This document shows positions 1-13,008 of a DNA stretch of 64,000 bases, in pieces (position 1 is the stretch's first letter; each line of letters begins with the position of its first letter). Source of the stretch: Dendrobates tinctorius. Its lineage: Eukaryota. The DNA lies in the NCBI RefSeq assembly GCF_039654945.1, contig NW_027361864.1, positions 4,340,001-4,404,000 on the forward strand, read 5' to 3'. Made by a program: the position numbers and the translations under genes. The notes under the pieces were generated by a model. The model made no database searches, had not been told where the DNA came from, and worked only from the letters and a program-made list of their open reading frames with translations.

Positions 1-1295
1 AATATTCAGAATTGAGAGTCCTCAGTAGTTGATACCTTTTAATGGCTAACTGAAAAGATGGTAACACATTGCAAGCTTTCGAGACTACTCAGGTCTCTTC
101 ATCAGGCATAGACTAATACAAAATCTGAAGAATCACATATATATACACAACACAGCACAGAAAAAATGCAATAGATGAGACAAGTGACGTGAAGCAGAAT
201 TATCATTATGGGAGAGGGATAGACCTAAATATTGGTCCAGTTCATAGATAAGGAGTCTGGATGTTTTATTGTCCTCTGATTGGAGTCTCCTAATGTGTTG
301 TGATGCTCCCCACAAGGTCTTAGGAGCAAATTCCTTAATTAATGTAAAAAGAGATAAATCCATGCGACACATTAATTCCTGCATTGAGTGTGTCAAAGGT
401 CATCATGAATTTGAACTCACAGACTCCTCTCTCTCTGAGCTGTGAAGTTACCTTTCAATACCAGTAATTTCATGTCCATGGAGTTATGATCAGGCATACA
501 AACAAATTTTGCCACAGGTAGATCCATTTTTTTTTCTCATTGTGTGATGATGAGAATTCATCCTTGTTCTCAGTTTTTGCCCTGTGTCCCTCACATACAG
601 ACCCCCAGTTGGACATGTAGTACAAATAATTAAGTACACCACATTAGATGTGATGAAGCTGAAAGTACCTGGGACCTTGTAGTCCTGATGTGAGTTGGGG
701 GATCTTTATCTTGTCCGCGGTCGTTACATATGGACAGGTTTTACATTTTTTCTGGTTGCAAGGAAAGGTTCCTGCAGATGTTGGGAAGGACAGAGAGCTT
801 CTGACAATGCTGCTTCTTAGATTTGGGGGCTGCCTAAAACACAGCAGTGGGGGGGGTCTGGAAATATGGACTGTAATCGGGCATCTTTTTGTAGTAAAGG
901 TTGTAATTTCCGTGCAGCTCCCCTTATCACCTCCAGATTTGCATTGTAGGTGACTACTAGAGGCACCCGGTTATTTTCTTCTTTAGCTTTGCAATGTAGC
1001 AGGTGATTCCTTGACATTCTGGTGGCTCTTGTAATTTGGTTTTGAATTGTTCTTGAATGGTAACCCTGATTCAAAAAGGTCTTTTTGAGGCGACCAAGGT
1101 GTTCATCTCTATCCATGGGGTTGGAACATATACGATTGTATCTGTTGGCTTGGCTATAGATAATAGAGTTCTTTGTGTTTTGGATGGAAACTGTCCCATT
1201 TAAGGTATGTTGGATGGTTGATTGGCTTCTGATACAGGGATGTCTATTTCATTGTTCTTTAGCTTAATGATGGTGTCCAAAAAGTTAATCTCAGT
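1..1295 (-). mobile_element. Penelope-like retroelement remnant (RT thumb, Cys-rich linker, GIY-YIG endonuclease, 3' pseudo-LTR); frameshifted
   Basis: Minus-strand translation across frames gives TYLKWDSFHPKH..SIIYSQANRYNRICS..GY..(RT thumb; ORF 817-1116), CNQKKCKTC linker, SNVVYLIICTTC..LYV..TGQKLRTRMNSH (GIY-YIG) and ..DTLNAGIN. A hammerhead motif follows in the 3' region. Confidence 0.9.
70..108 (-). ncRNA. Minimal hammerhead ribozyme motif in the PLE 3' pseudo-LTR
   Basis: Minus strand reads UGC-CUGAUGA-A-GAGAC(CUGAGUA)GUCUC-GAAA-GCUU-GCA: canonical core, 5-bp stem II, palindromic vestigial stem III (AAGCUU) and 3-bp stem I. Confidence 0.8.
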
Positions 1296-1399
1296 GGCTT
1301 TATTATGGACACGTACACCTGTTAATCAGTGTTGACATATTAATGAACACTGTGCCCTTCTATTACCACATGACAGTGTTCACATTAGCAAGAAATTTG

Positions 1400-1965
1400 G
1401 CTGCACTCACTATTCTGCTGGTGCAGTCACTGTGTACATACATTGCATTACTGATCCTTAGTTACATCCTGTATTATACTACAGAGCTGCGCTCACTATT
1501 CTGCGGCTGCAGTCACTGTGTGCATACATTATTGATCTTGTATTATACCCCAGAGCTCAGGCTTGGACTGGCCCGTAGGGGAATCCCCCAGTGGGCCACA
1601 GTGCAGATCTGGACCCCTCCCCACTGTATGGGCAGTACTTGGCATAATTCACTTGATTCACTCTGTACAGAAAAAAGCAGCATCTCATAATTCAGTAACC
1701 AAACTACCCAGTTTATTGTTATATAGAGATATAGGTAAGTTTACCCCAGAGCTGCACTCACTATTCTGCTGGTGGAGTCACTGTGTACATACATTACATT
1801 ACTGATCCTGAGTTACATCCTGTATTATACTCCAGAGCTGCACGCACTATTCTGCTGGTGCAGTCACTGTGTACATACATTGCATTACTGATCCTAAGTT
1901 ACATCCTGTATTATACTCCAGAGCTGCACTCACTATTCTGCTGGTGCAGTCACTGTGTACATACA
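1400..1965. repeat. Left remnant of the 86-bp satellite (same unit as 5681-12597), interrupted at ~1558-1740 by a DNA-transposon-like fragment
   Basis: Slightly degenerate units of gctgcactcactattctgctggtgcagtcactgtgtacatacattacattactgatcctgagttacatcctgtattatactccaga. Confidence 0.9.
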
Positions 1966-2012
1966 CTTTTGGAATTTTTGACAGTACAGTTCTGCAGAAT
2001 TTTGACCCTGGC

Positions 2013-2390
2013 TCAATGCCAACAGGGTCTTTTCAGCTTGATCGCATTAGGTTCATCATACAACAACCCCAAGGCCTGAAAAAATGCGTCCACATTTGTT
2101 AGAATAGGATCATCTGGTACTAAAGAAAACGCCCAATCCTGGGGATCACTGCGCAGCAAGGAGATGACAATTTTAACCTGCTGCGCAGAGCTCCCCGATG
2201 AGTTAGGCTTCAAGGCAAGAAATAATTTACAATTATTCTTAAAATTCAAAAATTTAGACCGATCCCCAAAAAACACATCAGGAGTGGGGATTTTTGGTTC
2301 AGCAGCGTGTGAATGAGCAAGATAGGCGGAAATTCCTCACACTTCAGCAGCGAGCTGCTCCACACGATCAGACAATTGTTTAAACTCCAT
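2013..2390 (-). pseudogene. Ty3/Gypsy (sushi/Tf1-group) gag fragment
   Basis: EPKIPTPDVFFGDRSKFLNFKNNCKLFLALKP..QVKIVISLLRSDPQDWA..FFQALGLLYDEP matches the sushi/PEG10-like retrotransposon gag pattern. It has an internal stop and is truncated. Confidence 0.8.
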
Positions 2391-2756
2391 CAGAAAAAAT
2401 ATTCCTCCTTCGGCCTCAGAGAAAAAGAGGAAAAAATATACACACACACAAAAAAAAAAAAAAATCTGACACTTTTTTTTTTCCCTTTTAACAATTCCTT
2501 CCTGCTTTGAGTACCCTAGAATCTGCGGTATGTCTGGTGATTCTGTTATGATTGAGCCACCGAGGAGGAAAAAACAAAACACAAGCTCAGCCCAGAAAAT
2601 CAGAGAGGTTGGAAACTAGCAGATTGCAGACCCCTAATCCTATCACACAACTAGCAGTAGCCGTGGAGTGTTCCTACGGTGATCCTAGACACCTCGTCAC
2701 AGCCGGAGATCTACATAAGCCTAAAGAGAGAAAAGGGAAAAACTGACTGCCCCAGA

Positions 2757-5072
2757 CAGAGGCGTATCTAGGCTTCCTGGCACCCGGGGCAAGAATTTGG
2801 TTCGGCGCCCCCTCCACACACCAAGTACATATGCAACTTGCACACTTAGCCATGTACCCACAAGCTGCTCTCCCTAATGCTCTCAATGTTCAGTAAAAAA
2901 CTGTAAGCAGGAAGAGAAGCTCGTTGTCAAGTATGAAAATCGCATATGAGTGAAGTGTCTGTGTGATGACTACTGGAACCTGCAGAGCTGAGTCCTGGCA
3001 TTGCAGCTTCTGAATTCTCACAGCTAATGCACTGCACACATTTAGGATTCTCCCTTGCTGATGTACAGTCATGTCAGCACAAGTATGTGATTTATATACG
3101 TCAGGCCACATTCCGACTAGACGTGCCCGGCCTCGCTCCGTTCATTTTCATTGAGTGAGGCCACACACGTCTAGTCAGCATGTGACCACATGTATGTAAA
3201 TTACCGGCATGAGAGAATCCTGACAGTGTGCAGTGAGCACTGTGAGAATTCAGAAATCTGCAGTCACATAGAATGTCTGCAGACTCAGCACAAACCTGGA
3301 CAACCCATTTAATGTTCCTAACAAATAAAAACATGAGAACAAGTCAGTGTCACAAATAACATTTACATCCAAGTACCTTATAGATGTCGTCATCTCTGGA
3401 GTCGTTCTCCTTTACTTCTTCTTGTCCAGACCCCATGATGAGTTTTCTCATCCACAGCGGCCTCTGCAGACTTCCATCTTCTCCGGTCTTCTGCAGCAAA
3501 TCTCCACACGACGCCCTTAAAGATAGAAGTGTCATTATAATGCCCCTAAATACAAATATCTGCAATATACTGTCTCCTCACACTATTCCCCCTCCCTCCT
3601 CTAACTTCCCTCTGTTCACCATACTGTCTCATCATATATTTACCCCCTCACTCTCTATACTGTCTGCTCACACATACCCCTGATTACCCATACTGTGTCC
3701 ACATACATTAACCCGTTCGCTCCCCATAATGTCTGCACCCAACCCCCATACTGTTTCCTCATACATACTGTGTCCTCAAATCTCCCCACACACATTAAAT
3801 ACCCCCCCATCCCGACTCCAAATCCCTCACACACATTAAATAACCCCGCATCCACACTCCAAATCCCTCACACACATTAAATAACCCCCCATCCACACTC
3901 CAAATCCCTCACACACATTAAATAACCCCCCCATCCCCACTCCTAAATCCCCCCCACACATTAAATAACCCCCCCATCCCCACTCCTAAATCCCCCCCAC
4001 ACATTATGTACCCCCCACTCCAAATCCCCCACACATTAACCCCCATTCCCACTCCAAAACCCCCACACATTAAATAACCCCCATCCTCACTCCCAAATCC
4101 CCCCCACACATTATGTACCCCCCACTCCAAATCCCCCACATATTAACCCCATCCCTACTCATTAACCCCCCCAAACAATAACCCCCATCCCCACTCATTA
4201 ATTCCATCCCCATTCATTAACCCCCCATCCATACTCCCAAATCCCCCAACACATTATGTACCCCCACACTCCAAATCCCCCACACATTAACCCCCATCCC
4301 CACTCATTAACCCCCCAGACATTAATTCCATCCCCACTCATTAACCCTCCACAAATTAATTCCATCCCCACTCAATAACCCCCATCCCCACTCATTAACC
4401 CCCCACTCAATAACCCCCATCCCCACTCATTAACCCCCCACACATTAACCCCCATCCCCACTCATTAACCCCCCACACATTAACCCCATCCCCACTCTTT
4501 AACCCCCCCACACATTAATCCCCATCCCCACATTAACCTCATCTCCACTCATTAACCCCCCACGCATTAACCCCATCCCCAATCATTAACCCCACTACAC
4601 ATTAACCCCATCGCCACTCATTAACCCCACTACACATTAACCCCATCGCCGCACATTAACACCCCCCATCTTCGGTGGTTTCTTCAGCTCCACATTGGAG
4701 CACACTTACCACCAGCGCTGAGCGTTCACTGAGCACTCTGGGCGCCGGGGAGTGACGTCAGCAGCGTGATCACATGACATGTCACGCTGCTGACGTCGCT
4801 CTGGCCCGGCGGTCAGAGCTGCAATTGTACTGGCGTCTATACAGACGCCAGTACAATTGCTCCCTGGGAGCCGGCACGCGCACCTTCTCTGCGCCAGCTA
4901 TCAGCTGGACAGCTGACACAGAGAACCGCCGACTCTGAGGCCAGGTGGGGTGGCAGAACGCAGCCGCCAGGGAGGACACTGCGGACCGCTGCATTAGGCT
5001 GCCCGGACTGCGCCCCCTGCCGGCTGCGCCCGGGGCAACTTCCCCGGCTGCCCCCCCCTAGATACGCCCCTG
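2757..5072. mobile_element. Non-autonomous hAT DNA transposon
   Basis: 16-bp TIRs cagaggcgtatctagg / cctagatacgcccctg (15/16 match). Perfect 8-bp TSD gccccaga at 2749-2756 and 5073-5080. Confidence 0.9.
3780..4670. repeat. C-rich degenerate minisatellite inside the hAT element
   Basis: Recurrent ccccactcattaacccc / ccccacacattaa motifs. Confidence 0.85.
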
Positions 5073-5680
5073 GCCCCAGAGCAGACCCCAAAGCAATAGG
5101 CAGCCCCCAACATATAATGACGGTGAAGCAAGATGAAAACACTAACACAGATAGAAAGATAGGTTGAGCAAACGATGGGGCCCAAGCTAACTAAAAAGGA
5201 CAGGATAGAAAAGCTGCTCCGAGAAAACCCTGCTAAAAATATTACCAACACAACTGATAAGCAAAAAGGACACTGAAGTCACTAGACTTCAAACCCTATA
5301 TCAGCACTCAGAATATTCTGGAAGCAGAGCAAAAGAGAACACTGATCAAGGAAAAAGAATCCAGCACACCGCCAGCCGGGGATGGCTGAACTCAGAAAAC
5401 AAGGAAACAAAACCAAAACTAACAAGTTCAATAGCAGAGCAAAAACTTATCTTTGGGAAGCAGGAATCAGACTGGTCTTGAAGAATCCAGCAGAGAAATC
5501 ACCAGCGACTCAGAAGGGCGTCGGCTGCCTTATATCCAGTCTGAAGTTCCCGTTACCCAGTCACCATCCACCTGATCAGGTGTTTGGTTTCTTTCATCCA
5601 AATCAGCCTCACTACCTTCCTTCACCAGAAGAGGGAGATCCTTGGACACAAAAAATGAATGAACAGATGAGCTCACAACA

Positions 5681-8600
5681 GTACATACATTACATTACTG
5701 ATCCTGAGTTACATCCTGTATTATACCCCAGAGCTGCACTCACTATTCTGCTGGTGCAGTCACTGTGTACATACATTACATTACTGATCCTGAGTTACAT
5801 CCTGTATTATACTCCAGAGCTGCACTCACTATTCTGCTGGTGCAGTCGCTGTGGACATACATTACTGATCCTGAGTTACATCCTGTATTATACCCCAGAG
5901 CTGCACTCACTATTCTGCTGGTGCAGTCACTGTGTACATACATTACATTACTGATCCTGAGTTACATCCTGTATTATACTCCAGAGCTGCACTCACTATT
6001 CTGCTGGTGCAGTCGCTGTGGACATACATTACATTACTGATCCTGAGTTACATCCTGTATTATACTCCAGAGCTGCACTCACTATTCTGCTGGTGCAGTC
6101 ACTGTGTACATACATTACATTACTGATCCTGAGTTACATCCTGTATTATACTCCAGAGCTGCACTCACTATTCTGCTGGTGCAGTCACTGTGTACATACA
6201 TTACATTAATGATCCTGAGTTACATCCTGTATTATACTCCAGAGCTGCACTCACTATTCTGCTGGTGCAGTCACTGTGTACATACATTACATTACTGATC
6301 CTGAGTTACATCCTGTATTATACCCCAGAGCTGCACTCACTATTCTGCTGGTGCAGTCACTGTGTACATACATTACATTACTGATCCTGAGTTACATCCT
6401 GTATATACTCCAGAGCTGCACTCACTATACTGCTGGTGCAGTCACTGTGTACATACATAACATTACTGATCCTGAGTTACATCCTGTATTATACCCCAGA
6501 GCTGCACTCACTATTCTGCTGGTGCAGTCACTGTGTACATACATTACATTACTGATCCTGAGTTACATCCTGTATATACTCCAGAGCTGCACTCACTATA
6601 CTGCTGGTGCAGTCACTGTGTACATACATTACATTACTGATCCTGAGTTACATCCTGTATTATACCCCAGAGCTGCACTCACTATTCTGCTGGTGCAGTC
6701 ACTGTGTACATACATTACATTACTGATCCTGAGTTACATCCTGTATTATACTCCAGAGCTGCACTCACTATACTGCTGGTGCAGTCACTGTGTACATACA
6801 TTACATTACTGATCCTGAGTTACATCCTGCATTATACTCCAGAGCTGCACTCACTATTCTGCTGGTGCAGTCGCTGTGTACATACATTACTGATCCTGAG
6901 TTACATCCTGTATTATACTCCAGAGCTGCACTCACTATACTGCTGGTGCAGTCGCTGTGTACATACATTACTGCTCCTGAGTTACATCCTGCATTATACT
7001 CCAGAGCTGCACTCACTATTCTGCTGGTGCAGTCGCTGTGTACATACATTACTGCTCCTGAGTTACATCCTGTATTATACCCCAGAGCTGCACTCACTAT
7101 TCTGCTGGTGCAGTCACTGTGTACATACATTACATTACTGATCCTGAGTTACATCCTGTATTATACTCCAGAGCTGCACTCACTATTCTGCTGGTGCAGT
7201 CACTGTGTACATACATTACATTACTGATCCTGAGTTACATCCTGTATTATACCCCAGAGCTGCACTCACTATTCTGCTGGTGCAGTCACTGTGTACATAC
7301 ATTACATTACTGATCCTGAGTTACATCCTGTATATACTCCAGAGCTGCACTCACTATACTGCTGGTGCAGTCACTGTGTACATACATTACATTACTGATC
7401 CTGAGTTACATCCTGTATTATACTCCAGAGCTGCACTCACTATTCTGCTGGTGCAGTCACTGTGTACATACATTACATTACTGCTCCTGAGTTACATCCT
7501 GCATTATACTCCAGAGCTGCACTCACTATTCTGCTGGTGTAGTCACTGTGTACATACTGTACATTACATTATTGATCCTGAGTTACATCCTGTATATACT
7601 CCAGAGCTGCACTCACTATACTGCTGGTGCAGTCACTGTGTACATACATTACATTACTGATCCTGAGTTACATCCTGTATTATACCCCAGAGCTGCACTC
7701 ACTATTCTGCTGGTGCAGTCACTGTGTACATACATTACATTACTGATCCTGAGTTACATCCTGTATTATACTCCAGAGCTGCACTCACTATACTGCTGGT
7801 GCAGTCACTGTGTACATACATTACATTACTGATCCTGAGTTACATCCTGCATTATACTCCAGAGCTGCACTCACTATTCTGCTGGTGCAGTCGCTGTGTA
7901 CATACATTACTGATCCTGAGTTACATCCTGTATTATACTCCAGAGCTGCACTCAGTATACTGCTGGTGCAGTCGCTGTGTACATACATTACTGCTCCTGA
8001 GTTACATCCTGCATTATACTCCAGAGCTGCACTCACTATTCTGCTGGTGCAGTCACTGTGTACATACATTACATTACTGATCCTGAGTTACATCCTGTAT
8101 TATACTCCAGAGCTGCACTCACTATTCTGCTGGTGCAGTCGCTGTGTACATACATTACATTACTGACCCTGAGTTACATCCTGTATTATACTCCAGAGCT
8201 GCACTCACTATTCTGCTGGTGCAGTCGCTGTGTACATACATTACTGATCCTGAGTTACATCCTGTATTATACCCCAGAGCTGCACTCACTATACTGCTGG
8301 TGCAGTCACTGTGTACATACATTACATTACTGATCCTGAGTTACATCCTGCATTATACTCCAGAGCTGCACTCACTATTCTGCTGGTGCAGTCGCTGTGT
8401 ACATACATTACTGATCCTGAGTTACATCCTGTATTATACTCCAGAGCTGCACTCACTATACTGCTGGTGCAGTCGCTGTGTACATACATTACTGCTCCTG
8501 AGTTACATCCTGCATTATACTCCAGAGCTGCACTCACTATTCTGCTGGTGCAGTCACTGTGTACATACATTACATTACTGATCCTGAGTTACATCCTGTA

Positions 8601-11600
8601 TTATACTCCAGAGCTGCACTCACTATTCTGCTGGTGCAGTCACTGTGTACATACATTACATTACTGATCCTGAGTTACATCCTGTATTATACCCCAGAGC
8701 TGCACTCACTATTCTGCTGGTGCAGTCACTGTGTACATACATTACATTACTGATCCTGAGTTACATCCTGTATATACTCCAGAGCTGCACTCACTATACT
8801 GCTGGTGCAGTCACTGTGTACATACATTACATTACTGATCCTGAGTTACATCCTGTATTATACTCCAGAGCTGCACTCACTATTCTGCTGGTGCAGTCAC
8901 TGTGTACATACATTACATTACTGCTCCTGAGTTACATCCTGCATTATACTCCAGAGCTGCACTCACTATTCTGCTGGTGTAGTCACTGTGTACATACTGT
9001 ACATTACATTACTGATCCTGAGTTACATCCTGTATATACTCCAGAGCTGCACTCACTATACTGCTGGTGCAGTCACTGTGTACATACATTACATTACTGA
9101 TCCTGAGTTACATCCTGTATTATACCCCAGAGCTGCACTCACTATTCTGCTGGTGCAGTCACTGTGTACATACATTACATTACTGATCCTGAGTTACATC
9201 CTGTATTATACTCCAGAGCTGCACTCACTATACTGCTGGTGCAGTCACTGTGTACATACATTACATTACTGATCCTGAGTTACATCCTGCATTATACTCC
9301 AGAGCTGCACTCACTATTCTGCTGGTGCAGTCGCTGTGTACATACATTACTGATCCTGAGTTACATCCTGTATTATACTCCAGAGCTGCACTCACTATAC
9401 TGCTGGTGCAGTCGCTGTGTACATACATTACTGCTCCTGAGTTACATCCTGCATTATACTCCAGAGCTGCACTCACTATTCTGCTGGTGCAGTCACTGTG
9501 TACATACATTACATTACTGATCCTGAGTTACATCCTGTATTATACTCCAGAGCTGCACTCACTATTCTGCTGGTGCAGTCGCTGTGTAACATACATTACT
9601 GATCCTGAGTTACATCCTGTATTATACCCCAGAGCTGCACTCACTATACTGCTGGTGCAGTCACTGTGTACATACATTACATTACTGATCCTGAGTTACA
9701 TCCTGCATTATACTCCAGAGCTGCACTCACTATTCTGCTGGTGCAGTCGCTGTGTACATACATTACTGATCCTGAGTTACATCCTGTATTATACTCCAGA
9801 GCTGCACTCACTATACTGCTGGTGCAGTCGCTGTGTACATACATTACTGCTCCTGAGTTACATCCTGCATTATACTCCAGAGCTGCACTCACTATTCTGC
9901 TGGTGCAGTCGCTGTGTACATACATTACTGCTCCTGAGTTACATCCTGTATTATACCCCAGAGCTGCACTCACTATTCTGCTGGTGCAGTCACTGTGTAC
10001 ATACATTACATTACTGATCCTGAGTTACATCCTGTATTATACTCCAGAGCTGCACTCACTATTCTGCTGGTGCAGTCACTGTGTACATACATTACATTAC
10101 TGATCCTGAGTTACATCCTGTATTATACCCCAGAGCTGCACTCACTATTCTGCTGGTGCAGTCACTGTGTACATACATTACTGATCCTGAGTTACATCCT
10201 GTATATACTCCAGAGCTGCACTCACTATACTGCTGGTGCAGTCACTGTGTACATACATTACATTACTGATCCTGAGTTACATCCTGTATTATACTCCAGA
10301 GCTGCACTCACTATTCTGCTGGTGCAGTCACTGTGTGCATACATTACATTACTGCTCCTGAGTTACATCCTGCATTATACTCCAGAGCTGCACTCACTAT
10401 TCTGCTGGTGCAGTCACTGTGTACATACTGTACATTACATTACTGATCCTGAGTTACATCCTGTATATACTCCAGAGCTGCACTCACTATACTGCTGGTG
10501 TAGTCACTGTGTACATACTGTACATTACATTACTGATCCTGAGTTACATCCTGTATATACTCCAGAGCTGCACTCACTATACTGCTGGTGCAGTCACTGT
10601 GTACATACATTACATTACTGATCCTGAGTTACATCCTGTATTATACCCCAGAGCTGCACTCACTATTCTGCTGGTGCAGTCACTGTGTACATACATTACA
10701 TTACTGATCCTGAGTTACATCCTGTATTATACTCCAGAGCTGCACTCACTATACTGCTGGTGCAGTCACTGTGTACATACATTACATTACTGATCCTGAG
10801 TTACATCCTGCATTATACTCCAGAGCTGCACTCACTATTCTGCTGGTGCAGTCACTGTGTACATACTGTACATTACATTACTGATCCTGAGTTACATCCT
10901 GTATATACTCCAGAGCTGCACTCACTATACTGCTGGTGCAGTCACTGTGTACATACATTACATTACTGATCCTGAGTTACATCCTGTATTATACCCCAGA
11001 GCTGCACTCACTATTCTGCTGGTGCAGTCACTGTGTACATACATTACATTACTGATCCTGAGTTACATCCTGTATTATACTCCAGAGCTGCACTCACTAT
11101 ACTGCTGGTGCAGTCACTGTGTACATACATTACATTACTGATCCTGAGTTACATCCTGCATTATACTCCAGAGCTGCACTCACTATTCTGCTGGTGCAGT
11201 CACTGTGTACATACATTACTGATCCTGAGTTACATCCTGTATTATACTCCAGAGCTGCACTCACTATACTGCTGGTGCAGTCGCTGTGTACATACATTAC
11301 TGCTCCTGAGTTACATCCTGCATTATACTCCAGAGCTGCACTCACTATTCTGCTGGTGCAGTAACTGTGTACATACATTACATTACTGATCCTGAGTTAC
11401 ATCCTGTATTATACCCCAGAGCTGCACTCACTATTCTGCTGGTGCAGTCGCTGTGTACATACATTACTGATCCTGAGTTACATCCTGTATTATACCCCAG
11501 ACCTGCACTCACTATTCTGCTGGTGCAGTCGCTGTGTACATACATTACTGCTCCTGAGTTACATCCTGCATTATACTCCAGAGCTGCACTCACTATTCTG

Positions 11601-12597
11601 CTGGTGCAGTCACTGTGTACATACATTACATTACTGATCCTGAGTTACATCCTGTATTATACCCCAGAGCTGCACTCACTATTCTGCTGGTGCAGTCACT
11701 GTGTACATACATTACTGATCCTGAGTTACATCCTGTATTATACTCCAGAGCTGCACTCACTATTCTGCTGGTGCAGTCGCTGTGTACATACATTACATTA
11801 CTGATCCTGAGTTACATCCTGTATTATACCCCAGAGCTGCACTCACTATTCTGCTGGTGCAGTCACTGTGTACATACATTACTGATCCTGAGTTACATCC
11901 TGTATTATACTCCAGAGCTGCACTCACTATTCTGCTGGTGCAGTCACTGTGTACATACATTACATTACTGATCCTGACTTACATCCTGTATTATACTCCA
12001 GAGCTGCACTCACTATTCTACTGGTGCAGTCACTGTGTACATACATTACATTACTGATCCTGACTTACATCCTGTATTATACTCCAGAGCTGCACTCACT
12101 ATTCTGCTGGTGCAGTCACTGTGTACATACATTACATTACTGATCCTGAGTTACATTCTGTATTATACTCCAGAGCTGCGCTCACTATTCTACTGGTGCA
12201 GTCACTCTGTGCATACATTACATTACTGATCCTGTACTGATCCTGAGTTACATCCTGTATTATACCCCAGAGCTGCACTCACTATTCTGCTGGTGCAGTC
12301 GCTGTGTACATACATTACATTACTGATCCTGAGTTACATCCTGTATTATACCCCAGAGCTGCACTCACTATTCTGCTGGTGCAGTCACTGTGTACATACA
12401 TTACATTACTGATCCTGAGTTACATCCTGTATTATACTCCAGAGCTGCACTCACTATTCTGCTGGTGCAGTCGCTGTGTACATACATTACATTACTGATC
12501 CTGAGTTACATCCTGTATTATACCCCAGAGCTGCACTCACTATTCTGCTGGTGCAGTCGCTGTGTACATACATTACTGATCCTGAGTTACATCCTGA
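5681..12597. repeat. ~86-bp tandem satellite (~80 units, with 81/85/90-bp variants and higher-order structure)
   Basis: Near-identical tandem units. Overlapping ORFs recur at 86-bp steps and a variant block recurs at a 1440-bp offset. Confidence 0.98.
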
Positions 12598-12764
12598 CTG
12601 TTCTGATGAGAATGAAATAAGTATGGGGACAGTTTATGGACACGTTATCAATGGTGATTTCTGAATTGTATGTAGACAAGTATCATGAGGTTGCCCTCAC
12701 ATTTTAATAAGTTAATTTTCTTAGACGAAAATCCTGAACCTTGAACGAGAGTCTACGTTTGCCA

Positions 12765-12966
12765 CTCCCAAGATGGCGGCACAATAATTCTTTCCGTGAG
12801 TTTGACCTTATCAGCATGGCGCCGGCTTCACCTCCATGTCGTCATCACCGTGCGTCTCATCCTTCTGCATTTGAGTCCTCGTCTGACAGTGACGTCACTT
12901 TCCGGCGCCGCTGGAGAGGTTGCACGCAGGTTGCAGTAGAAGAAAGTGCGGGATCGAAGCGGGGAC
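12765..12966 (+). promoter_or_regulatory. STOML2 proximal promoter / 5' UTR (YY1, CRE and ETS-like motifs; CpG-rich)
   Basis: CAAGATGGCGGC (YY1 consensus) at 12769-12780. TGACGTCA (CRE) at 12890-12897 is followed directly by CTTTCCGG (ETS-like). Confidence 0.65.
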
Positions 12967-13008
12967 ATGCTGCGGGCAGTGAGCCGGGCCGGGGGCGCCC
13001 TGTTGATG
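12967..13008 (+). CDS. STOML2: STOML2 coding exon 1 ([14 protein letters not shown], mitochondrial presequence-like)
   Basis: ATG at 12967; donor gtgagg at 13009. Confidence 0.88.

Larger units (their letters stand above)
2544..5680 (-). mobile_element. 5' LTR of the Gypsy element (2544-2756 plus 5081-5680), split by a hAT insertion
   Basis: Termini TGTTATGA...TCACAACA (TG..CA with short inverted repeat). It abuts the 86-bp satellite at 5681 and has a minus-strand TATAAG at 5534-5529. The gag fragment lies downstream on the minus strand. Confidence 0.75.

Noticed and set aside
3780-4670. Interstitial telomeric repeat
   Set aside because: The motif is TTAACCC/CCCCAC, not (CCCTAA)n, and it lies inside a hAT element.
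5382-12664. Dozens of 60-255-aa ORFs and a CRISPR-like regular spacing
   Set aside because: Translations of the 86-bp satellite. There are no unique spacers and no cas genes, and the context is eukaryotic.
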